Source: Sminthopsis crassicaudata
Taxonomy: Eukaryota
NCBI RefSeq assembly: GCF_048593235.1
Contig: NC_133617.1
Span: forward strand, 418,852,958 to 418,916,957
Direction: 5' to 3'
DNA: 64,000 bases
The notes under the pieces are model-generated. The model had not been told where the DNA came from and made no database searches. It saw only the letters and a program-made list of their open reading frames with translations. The position numbers and the translations under genes are program-made. Below, in pieces: positions 16,201-26,910 of this stretch. Numbering within the stretch: position 1 is the stretch's first letter; each line of letters begins with the position of its first letter.

Positions 16201-19200
16201 ATGAGCAGCAGTTGCTCTGGCCTGGGCAGGGTCCTGGTGATTGTGGCTGCAGCCCTAGTGTCTGTCTCTTCTACTGGCCCTGAGGCTTGGGGTCCCCCAG
16301 GTGAGAAAGCCCAGCACAGACCACAGCCCCAGAGTCCTGGTCTCAGGGAGTTCTCAGACCTTTGACTAGGGAGGGACTCTGGACCCTCCCACTAGGTTCC
16401 TTAGGAATGGGGCCCTCTAACTTAAGGGCTGATATCCTACCTACAACCACTGTCTCCTGATGTGGGAGGGAATTGGGGGAAGTCCAGGGAGCCAGCATGG
16501 GGGGGGGACTTTCTTCTCATAATTCATACCAACCCCATCCCCAGGTGTCCAGTACGGGCAACTTGGAGAGACCGTTGTGCTCTTGTGCCCAGGAGTGACT
16601 CCCGGGTAAGTGCCTCACCTTGTTCCCCAACCTCCTTCATCACTTTTCATATCTTCCAGGGATTTTGGAGTGGGATAGGTAGTTAAGAACTGAGGGTTTG
16701 GGGTGAGGTAAAAGGAAAATTGACTTTTGCTCTTGACCTCTTACCTTTTATCCAGAACTTAGAATAGCCCAGTACACACATACAGTAAGTATTTTATACA
16801 TTTTATTTAATTTAATAAATTTTGTTGCTTGCTCCTTTTCCAACTTCATCCCGCTTGTCTTCGATCCCTCCCCACCTACCCCTTGCATCCTCAGGACACT
16901 GATTTCCTGGCATCGGGCTGATGGCCATGCACTCCTGGGGACATTGAGGTCAGAGTTAGGGCTGGGACAGCAGGAACTAGTCCTGGAGCAGGCAGATAAC
17001 AAAGACGAGGGCACCTACATCTGTCAGACCCAGGATGGGGGCACCAGAGGCTCTGTGACACTTCAATTGGGCTGTGAGTTGTGTTGGGGGTGGGGGCTGA
17101 GGGTCATGGAACAATCCAGAGGATAACATGAGCGCCCCAGAGGGGGGATGCCCACTCAGGGCCTGGGAGGAAGTCTGGAGTGGAGTATTTGGTGCCTTCC
17201 TGGCAGCCCCCAGCTCCTGTCTTGTCTCCACAGACCCCCCGTCTCGTCCCATGGTTTCCTGCCGGGCTTCAGACTATGAGAATTTCTCCTGTTCTTGGAG
17301 TCCCAGCCGGGTCAGTGGGCTCCCCACGAGATACATTGCCTCCTACAGGTGTGTGAGGTGGGGATGAAAGAGGAATGGGATGGGCACATGGGATATGGGG
17401 GGGAAGGAAAAGTTGGAGACAGACAAACTACCCAGGACTTCTTTATGAAGTGTTTATAGGTAGGGAAACGCCAGCTGGGGGAATTCGCCTTCCCCGCAGC
17501 CCATAGATATAACCAGGCTTCCCTTCTCTCCTTCCTCCTGCCACAGAAAGAAAATCATCCTTGGAACAGAAAGAGGAAGGTAAAAAGCCCTGATCCATCC
17601 TGTCTTGTCCTCAGGCAGGGGAATGGTGTAGAAAGGGATGAGGTGGACAGAGGGTTTCAGGAGGCTAAGCCCAGTCCTTGTGTGGGGTCCACATCAGGGC
17701 AGCCCTGATGCCCACTGTGCCCTCCCCCCAACATCCAGGCCAGCGCTGTCTGCAGATCCCCGGCCATGCTTACTGGAACTTCCTGGGGCTACTCGGTGTG
17801 TGGTCCATGGCTCTGAGTTCTGGAGCCAGTACCGGATTAATGTGACAGAGGTGAACCCCCTGGGAGCTAGTGCCCGCCTGCTGGATGTGAGCATGCAGAG
17901 TATCTGTGAGTAAGACCCCCGAGTGACACAAAACAACTGTGCTGGCACCTGGGCCCAGTGCAAATCCAGTCTCAGACACTTAACAGTCCTGGCTGTGTGA
18001 CCCTGGGCAAGTCGCTTAACCCCGGCTGCCCCAGGAGAAGCCAGAGCCATCTGTGAATCCTTCCCCCACAAGGCTGACCCTCTGCAAGAAAGTATTTATA
18101 CTGCACAGAACATTCATGAATAACAGCCCCTCCCCACTCCAGTTATGTTGTACCTGCTGCCCTCACCAACCAGGGGCACATTTTAGGAACCTCAGTGACT
18201 CTTGTAACACAGAGAATGACCTCTGTGACATCTAGCTGCGTCAACCCTATCATCACCCAAAGCATCCTGCCCATGATCCCCTAGGATCTCCTACGTTGAC
18301 GACTCCTACGAACTCCCTAAACATCCCTCTTGCCACCCCTTCCCCCTCCCACCCCAGCGTGCCTGTGAATGACCTTCTCAATAGTATCCCCATAAAAAGA
18401 CGGGCATTGCACACATACTTGGTCATTGTGCAGAAGTTTGGTTAGCGGTTTCCCAAACCCTTTTCCACATAGGGACTATATCAACACATCTCCTCAAGGG
18501 ACCCCTGAGTGAGGTAGCCCAGTCCTGTAGTGCAGGAAGCCTGGAATCAGTAGGATGTGAATTCAAATCCAGCCTCCAAGCCAAGTCACTTAATCCTGAC
18601 TGTCTCAAAGCAAACTAATAAGGATTCCTGGCACTGCTTCTTGCAAAACTGACCCTACCAGCACAGAACCTTTTTGATTGTGTCTCCAGTGACCTTTATA
18701 GTACCCTATGACACCTTAGTCACTGATTCCTTTCCCACTAATTCCATTAGCACATAATGCATTCCCAACTTGTCAAAATTCTGACCCCTTAGTAATCCCT
18801 AACTGTACCCCACCTTCATGGGAGTGATCCTGGAGGGGAACCCGCTCCCTCGCTCTTGGCAGGACTGGCTGACTCCCCCGCCTCTCTTCTCTCTGCTCAA
18901 GGATTCTTCCCCCATCACCCACACTGGGACACTCATTAAGTCACTTTGTATGTCCCCAAGTCCTATAGTCACTTAGATTCTTCCTTTTCTTGAGTCCTTT
19001 CAAGATGGAAAGGTTACTAAGAAATGAAAGTGACTAAAATCTAACCTCAAACGGGTTGAGAGTTATGGACAACAGCAGGGGGGGGAGATTGAGGGGGATA
19101 TCCTGTTATTCCTGACTACCCGGGGGGAGGAGGGTCCCACCATGTTTTCTGGTTAAGGAAGGAAAGAAACAAGTATTTAAGTGCCTATCATGATCTAGGT

Positions 19201-21691
19201 GTTGTGATCCTCTGTTATTACTCATTTAAATGGGGCTTTCTCAGCCCTGGAATACAGAAGTCATAATCTCCACTTTCCAGAGGAGGGCCCTGAGGTTCAC
19301 AGATTATGTGACCATAGTTGTAGCTAGGATTCCAGCCTAACTGTCCTGCTAACTCCAGGTTCAGGGTTAGCCCAAGTGCGTTGTTCTGCCCCATTCCTCC
19401 ACTGAGTGTAGCTGCCACACTTACAGGGAGCCCAAATCCCCCCAGGGGCTACTTTCTAGTCCCTCACCTCTGAGTGAGCTTTCTTTCTCCCCTCCCTCCA
19501 GCGCCCAGCTAGACTTTGCCTCTGCCCTAGCTTCCCTGACCACACTCGGTCCTACCTTATTCCTGGAGAACGAAGGAAAGAAACGAGCATTTAAGTGCCC
19601 ACCATGTGCCAAGCACTGTGCTAAGTGCTTCACAAATATTATTTCTGTCAACCCGACCAGAACCGGCCTCTAACCTGTGGTTGGCCAGAGCCATACAAGC
19701 AGCCTAGAGACAGGAAAGTCAGGACACAAATGGAAGTTTAATTAATTTTAGTGTGAGGAAAATGGTGTTTGCAAGTGGAAGTGCCCTCTCTTCCTTCCCC
19801 CTCCCCTCCCATTCCCCAAGGAGGAGGGCTTAATGCTGCTGATCCCGGGGCCCTTTATACCTGAAAGGGCATGGCCAACACACTCATTCTTAGATCTTAA
19901 GATGGTTCTCATGATTAAAATTTCTTGGGACAATACAAGTCTTCTTGGGTTCTGTTGGAACACTCGTCTCAAATCTCAGGGGTAGTGACCACCCTGCAGT
20001 ACATGGAATGAGTATTCTGTGATGGGAGCAGGAGTGCAGTACCTATCACTGACGAGGAACAGGGGTTGTGAACATGTGCTGGCTGGCTTTGAGAAATAAC
20101 TGGGACTGCATTCCTTAGTGACACTTTCCAGAAAATGAGATCATTCCAGGGCACAAAGGATTATTGTTATGTCAAACTCAGGGCACATCCAGCTTGCTGA
20201 GCCTTAGCTCTGGAAAACAGGGTATCTCCAAAATATTTTAACATTTTATTTGATCCTCATAACAACCCTGGGAGATAGGTGGTATTATTGTCCTTGTTTT
20301 ACGGTTGAGGTAACTGAGGCAGAATAGGGTTAAGTGACTTGGCCAGAGTTATACAGGTAGTATCTGAGATCATATTTAAACTCAGATCTTGTCTCCAGGC
20401 CCAGCACTATATCCACTGGCCCCCACCACCCAGGTTTTCTCTCAGGCTCTTTTTGGCCCGCCAAATTACTTGCCTAGGTTTCCTGCCTTACTTGGATGAC
20501 CTTGCTTTCACCTTTATATTTGCAGCACTTTGACTTTGACTTTGACATCTCTGACTCTAGCCCCTAACATTCTATCCCCATTCCCGACCTGCCCTTCCTC
20601 ACTTTATAAAATTGTTTTTGTAAGTCCTTCCATCAGCTGGTCTTGCCCTCTGGTAAAGCTTGAGTTTTCTACCTTTTGTCCCACCTTCACTTAACCTCAG
20701 GAGCAATTTTTGACCTAAACATCATCCAGTGTTTCACATTTTGCATTCTGCAATCTCTCTCCAAGGACTAGAAGCATCCTTGCTCCCTGCCTCTTCCTCT
20801 TTCAGAGCCCATGCTGGCTTTGGAACCCCATACAAAGCTGTTTTAGCTTCTGGTTGTCCACTCGTCTGCAGGACACTGATGGTGAATAGCAGAGAATCTT
20901 GGACAGAGCTAAAAGGCACTAAAGAGTCCATCTAATCCCACCCTCCTATTTTCCACAAAAGAAACAGGCCCAGGGAAGCTATGGGATTTGCCCACGAGCT
21001 AGGAAACAATAGAATTAAAATTCGAATCCAATTTTGACTCAAAACTCATCATGCTTCCCACTGGCCCAGTTCCTGAACCTAGTGAGTGTTGAGTTTGGTT
21101 ATTAGTTCTATCAGCTCCTTCAGGATTTCTTTCTTCCTTTCCCCAAGTTACAAGTCCAGTGGAGGAAGGTGAGATCCTTCCCCAAATCCCTTAATTACAT
21201 TCCTGTATTACATGATTCCCTCCATTAAAGTACTGCCCTGAGACTCTTCATTATCAAGGAGAACTCATATTCCCAAAGGCTGTTCGTGGAGTTGGAGCTT
21301 TGGCAGCTCTTACCATAAAGGAGAAGCTTCAAGTCAGAGGTCCTCTGCATTTGTCACTGGGGGACCAATCTTGCTAATTCTATCGAGTTCATTACCAAAT
21401 GTTAGTCATAGTGATTTTTTTTTGAAATCTTTGTTGGTACGTGAAGTGCTTATACAAATGAAAATAGTGGATCGATTAAAGTTTGAAGTACATTTGAGTG
21501 TCAACAAAAATTCATTAAGCACACATTTGTGCCAGACACTGTGTTAAATTCATTCACCGAATGAAGTCTGGAGGGACAAGAGAAGGGGAATCAAGCCCTG
21601 GGGACTTCCAGTCTGCTCACACCAGGACACGAAATAATAAATACATAGCAAAATGACATCAGTAACACATGTATACATACTTTTATACACA

Positions 21692-21738
<47 letters not shown>

Positions 21739-24700
21739 CTGTTATAGATAGTTCTCAGCAAAGTAGAGAGTTATTGCCTAAACAACTTTATGTGACAGGT
21801 CCTAATTACAGACCCTTCTGCACCTTCTTTTGGTGCACCATGCTCTTGGTATGGCCTACTACCCCAACCCCAGCTTCCATCGCTCTCTCATCTGTCTCTG
21901 ATCTAGACTCAGGGGCAGCAAGGAGGAGCTTCTCCCTCCCTTCTGACCCTGAGCCCATTCCCCCTTCCCATTTACAGTAAGGCCAGACCCCCCCCAGGGA
22001 CTTCGAGTGGAACCAATTCCTGGGGCTCCCCGACGCCTGCTGGTCAGCTGGACCTATCCAAACTCCTGGCCCCTCCAACCCCACTTTCTGCTCAAGTTCC
22101 GACTGCAGTACCGCCCGGTGGGCCACCTGACCTGGTCCATGGTAAGGGAAGAAGTGGGTAAGGGATTTGCTCCAGTCCGTGGTCAGGGGGCCTGGTGATG
22201 GAATGGAGTGCAGGCAGAGACACAGATAAGTGCGCTCAGATCTGGAGTCCCTGTGGCTCAGGCCCTCTTCCTTAGATCTGAACCTCCTGTTCCTGGGTGG
22301 GTGGCGACATCCTGTCCAGGATGGACCGGGGGGACATGAGCACCCATAGACTTCTCTTTGGTTTGCTCCCCACTTTTGGACTTAACAAGTAGACTATGGC
22401 TTTCTCTTGCTACTGAGTTTTTAAAAAATTGGCTAGGCAAGTCAAGACAAAGTATCTCTCCTACCTACCTGCAGCCCAACATAGAATGACACCGGGAGTG
22501 AGTTTGCAGGTTGATTAAGAGCTAGAAGATTGCCTTGTGGAATCTGAGCTTGACCAAGAATATCCTATGTTTTCTTGGACCAATCACTTATCTCTGGGAA
22601 TCGCTTTCCCCATCTGTAAAATGGGAGGTTGCAGACTCTACAGAGGAGCCTCTGATACACATGTTCTTCAGTCCTTCCAGCACTGACATTTGTGACTTCT
22701 CATTTGTCCAGATTCTGAGTTAGTTTCAGATTTGGACATGGACAGCTAAGCCAGCCATGTCATGGGCCCTGGGTGAACTATTTTGGACCATCCCAGAGCC
22801 CTGGGCCTTCACTCTGTACTGTTTTATCTGGGGGCCTTTTGCCCCCGATTTTTACTCCCCTGGAGGGGAAGGCATCCACAGCTTGGCTTGGCTGTCCTGT
22901 ACCCACGTCCCGCCTCCCTGTTCATCCGGCTCAGGATCAGTCTCTGTGCAATTTGTAGACATTCCAGGGCACTCCGGCAGTCAGCTCTTAGTGTAGGCAC
23001 AGAACTGTTTCCCCGGGCTCCTTCCCCCTCATGGAATGCCCCTGCCAAAGAACCCCGTGCCCCCAGGTCCCTCCCTGTGACCCCGCAGGTGGAACCAGCT
23101 GGGCTAGAGGAGGTGATCACCGATGCCGTGGCTGGGCTGCCCCACGTGGTGCGCGTTAGTGCCCGAGACTTCCTTGATGCTGGCACTTGGAGCGACTGGA
23201 GCAAGGAGGCCTGGGGGACCCCGAGTCCTGGTGAGGGGAAGTGTTGGGGTTTGGGCGGATAGAAGGAGGGAAGACCCAGGCCCTGCCCCAAGATATCTGG
23301 AGAGCAGCCCTGCATAGGGCCTGGCTCCCTGCTTGTAGACCCAGCCCTTCATAAGCTGCTCTTGCTGTCTTAGCCCAGGCTGCTTTTGGCCCGAGCGTCA
23401 GACCCAGTGAGAGGCCTTCGGAGACCACGACACAGATGCAGGCGCAGGCGCAGACTGAGAAGGAGCCAGAGAGACATGCTCTCCCCAGGCCTTCTGTGCA
23501 GCCCAACTCTCAGCCACTGATGGGTGAGTGGCCTGGTCAGGTGAGCCCGGGTAGTGTCGGACAGCAGCCTCCCGGGGAATAGACAGACCTCCCAGGACCA
23601 AAGGCACAGACGGCCTTAGTGACAGCCCTATCCCCTGGGACCTCTGCTTGCTGAGGAGGGGGTCAGGCTGCTTCTCATGTGGGCTTCCTTCCCCATGCAG
23701 AGCCCGGGGACCCCCTGGAGCAGGTGGCCGTGGTGACTTCTTTGGGTGTCTTCTCTTTTGTGGGTCTGGCTGCTGGCGCCCTGGCGCTCCTGCTCTGGTG
23801 AGTGCCCCAGGCCTGTCAGCACTCACTCCCCTGGCTCCAGACCCCCTCCAATTGCCTCTCTGCCCCATCTTCTAGATCACCGAGCCCAGACTCCCTGCGA
23901 TGCACCCCTTCCCCCCCCAGAATGTTAGTTTGTGCTGTAGGTGGAAGAGCACTAGCTCTGGAGACAGGGACCCCCAGGTTCTTGGTTCTGTAATCAAATG
24001 ATGGGCTCCAGAGAGCCTCTCCTCATGTCCTAATGGAGGTGACCGAGACCCCCCACTGAGCCCTCCTCTGATGCAGCTACCTTGAGGGCTCGGGGGAAAG
24101 CTTGTTCACTCTGTGCCCACCACAGGTTGAGGCTGAGAAGCAACAGGAAAGGGGCTGCCCCAAAGCCTGGATTCTTGGCTCCCATGGTGCAGGTGAAGAC
24201 CATGCCTGGTGAGTGTCTTGGGGGGGGAAGCAGTGGGAGCCTCCCCCTCCCATCCTGGCTAGCCCCTTGAGTCACCTCCTAGCTCTCAGATGGTGTGGTG
24301 ACTCACCTTTTCCTTTATCACATCTTTGTCCCATTATCAGGGGAAGATTTAGACCCTGAGGTCTCAGTTCTGATCTTTCTGGGAAATCTCACTGGGCCCA
24401 TCCCTGCCCTCTGGCCCTTTCCCCAGAAACTTGCCACCAAGTAGGTGCTTCTATCCCAACCAAAGTTCCCACTCCCCAGAGCTGGGAGTTGGAGAATAAG
24501 GCCACACACCTCTTCCTCAAGGCCTGTCCCTTTGTGGATCCTAACCCTGGTCCCCTCATGTTTCTGTTGCCCCAGCTTTTAATCAGGCTTCAGATTCTTG
24601 CTGTTTTCCTGTGGTGGGGGGTGGGGAGCACGGGGAGAAAGATGCCCCTCAAGAAGCTCCTTCCCATGATCAGACAAGCACGTGTGGAATTGTGTGCAGC

Positions 24701-25185
24701 CGGCCACGGGCTGGACCCCGCCGTGCTCAGACAGGATGCACAAGTTCTGCCCTCAGGTTTTCCCAGCACCTTGGCGGGAAACTCACCCATACTTGGAACT
24801 GAACAGAGAACAAGATGAGGCAGTGGGCAATTAGGAGCTAGTGCATGGCTCAGGTTATCAGAAGCTGGAGAAACTAAGGTCAATGGGAACTGTCACAGTC
24901 AGGGAAAACTTGCTGAAGCAGGACCTTGTTGGTGGATGAAGAGGAATAGAAAAAGGCATTCTCTCTCTACTGAGAATAGTTTAAGCAGTGTGGAGGGGGG
25001 AGAGGAGCTGGGGTGGAAGAAGAAAATACTTAGCTCCCTGTCTCTTCTAAGGGGAATCTTCTTCAGGAACTTTTAAGATGGTTTTCTCTGAGAGTGTGGC
25101 CGGGGAATCCAGACATAGGCCAGGGGTACTTTCAGAGACCCTCCCTCAATTTACTTCCCTTTTCTGCTTCTTTACAGTGGCTTAG
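16201..25185 (+). CDS. IL11RA: Interleukin-11 receptor alpha; join(16201..16300,16545..16605,16895..17073,17234..17348,17547..17579,17739..17905,21978..22141,23089..23230,23374..23523,23701..23797,24126..24208, then terminal exon 25178..25185 giving 432 aa, or 24576..24802)
   Basis: Signal peptide [23 protein letters not shown], Ig domain ([12 protein letters not shown]), [56 protein letters not shown] (the WSxWS motif), transmembrane segment [25 protein letters not shown] and cytoplasmic KPGFLA. GT-AG boundaries are phase-consistent through 24208; the last exon is uncertain. Confidence 0.95.
19646..20243 (-). mobile_element. Probable solo ERV LTR (598 bp) inserted into a MIR, IL11RA intron 7
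   Basis: TGTCAA...TTAACA termini; near-TSD TTTC/TTTT; on - strand TATAAA (19854-19859) followed by ATTAAA (19737-19742). It splits a MIR whose halves (...CACAAATATTATTTC / ...ATTTGATCCTCATAACAACCCTGGG) rejoin. Confidence 0.65.
21695..21733. repeat. (AC)19 microsatellite, IL11RA intron 7
   Basis: Perfect dinucleotide run. Confidence 0.95.
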
Positions 25186-25718
25186 GTCCAGCTTTGGAGG
25201 ATCTCATCCCTAATAGGATCTTTACAGTCAGCACCAGTGTGGAAGGGCAGCCAGAGTTTCTGAAAGGACTATTGACTCCCCTCCAACTCCACCGTCTTGA
25301 GGGGCTATTATTTGGGGTCCATTTTTGTGGGACTCACAGTATCCCTAATACTTGTTATTCAGTGGGTGGTGAACAACTCCTTAGTCACATGGGGCTCTTG
25401 CAACACCCTCCCTTTCCCACTCTACCCTGCTGGCTCTGCAAGGGGAACAGACTTCCCTCTTAAACATCTGGGCCATACAGGACATAAGAGAAATACACAT
25501 GAGGCAAGGTGGAGTTTCTGTGAATATGTAGGAAATACCCAAGGGTGCCGGACTCTGGGTAGGAGTCAGGTGGCTGACACAGGCTTTCTAAAGACTACTT
25601 GTACTTGTGGTTGTTTGGACACATACCTGTGTAAACCTTTCTTGGTGTGTGAGCATTGGATGTTGGTGGAAGAGGAAGCTTGGAGGAAGAGAGAATATTG
25701 CTGCCATGTATCTATGTG

Positions 25719-25724
25719 AATAAA
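25719..25724 (+). terminator. IL11RA: IL11RA polyadenylation signal
   Basis: AATAAA in the context TGTGAATAAAGGGAATTAGG, downstream of both candidate stop codons. Confidence 0.7.
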
Positions 25725-25890
25725 GGGAATTAGGCGTCATTCCCTGGGCATAACCTCTTCTGAAAGAGAAGAAAGCCTGAAGGTGCTGGTGCCCCTGAAG
25801 TTATTTCCTAGTTTTTGTTTTCCTCCCCTCCTCATCCCTGTTTCTCTCCCTAAATGTTTTGTGCTATTAGAGGCTTTTATCCAACTCATC

Positions 25891-25896
25891 TTTATT
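25891..25896 (-). terminator. CCL27: CCL27 polyadenylation signal
   Basis: TTTATT on + (AATAAA on -), about 260 nt downstream of the CCL27 stop. Confidence 0.65.
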
Positions 25897-26154
25897 AGGG
25901 GAAGACAGTGACCTGAAGGAGAAGGGGGCTGCTTGCCAGCAGATCTGATCCCCAAGGCTGCTTCCTGATTCCTGTGGCTACAGGTTCATTTGCTGTCTCC
26001 CCATCTCTAAGGAAATGACTGCCATCCCACCCCCAGTGGGTCAGCCAACATATTGGATTGGGTTCAAAAACCTCAAAAGGAAAAAGACCTAAACTGAAGG
26101 AGACTGGATGAAACAGGGGGAGGGGGGGAGAGGAGGGGAGGGGAGCCGCGGGAA

Positions 26155-26803
26155 TCAGGCGGTTGGGCTGAGCCTGGGCTTATGACTATGACTCTTCCGC
26201 ATCATCCTCTTTCGGGACAACCACCGAGCTAGAGACGGGTTCTTTGGGTGAACACAAACTGGTAATCCCGATTTTCGGTGCAGCCTGAGGGGACAGGATA
26301 AGGATTAGTTGTGAGAGCCAGAGAAGGGCACAGGACAGAACTGAGTGAGGAGTCTTAAAGGGAAGCTTGGGGGGGGGGGGGTCAAGCGGACTCACACATA
26401 AGCCTTTATATGACAGTCGCCATTGGCCTCTTGTAGATCTATCCGGTTGACATTCCGAAGGAGTTTAATGGGAAGAGTCTTTTGATAGACTTGGGTGCAG
26501 CATGAAATGCTGGGCTCTAGGGGTAGTGCTAAGGGAAGCAGAGGAAGATCAGAGATGTGCTCAGAGTGATCTTAGAGGATTGTGTCCTGTCCTCCCTCCC
26601 CAAGCGTTTGAGGGGCCTCTTCCTACAATCTAGGAGACCCCATCTAGCAGCCTTGACAGCCTAATGACACCACCCCACCACCCTATCCAAGAGGACCACT
26701 ACCCTCCCAGTGTTTTCAGATCCCCCTTTCGTATCTCACCTCTCCTGGGGCTGAAGTTGAGTAGCAGCAGGGTTAGACTTAGGGTTATTTCCATTCCCTT
26801 CAT
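26155..26803 (-). CDS. CCL27: C-C motif chemokine 27, 108 aa; complement join(26740..26803,26396..26528,26155..26284)
   Basis: Translates to MKGMEITLSLTLLLLNFSPRR-ALPLEPSISCCTQVYQKTLPIKLLRNVNRIDLQEANGDCHIKAYVLHRKSGLPVCVHPKNPSLARWLSRKRMMRKSHSHKPRLSPTA. The CCTQ, LQEAxGDCH and CVHPxNxSL signatures are CCL27-specific. Introns are GT-AG and the gene is convergent with IL11RA, as in eutherians. Confidence 0.96.
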
Positions 26804-26859
26804 GTTGCTTCTAGTGAGTTTAGCCTGTGTGTGGAACCTCTGAAAATGCGCTCCGTGGG

Positions 26860-26910
26860 GCCCAGCCTTTTAATTGGGGCAGGTTTGGGGGGGGTGGAGT
26901 TCCCCTCTAC
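26860..26910 (-). promoter_or_regulatory. CCL27: CCL27 proximal promoter (NF-kB site and TATA-like element)
   Basis: GGGGAACTCC on - (26896-26905) is a perfect GGGRNWYYCC. An ATTAAAA TATA-like element lies near 26868-26874, about 65 nt upstream of the ATG. Confidence 0.55.
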
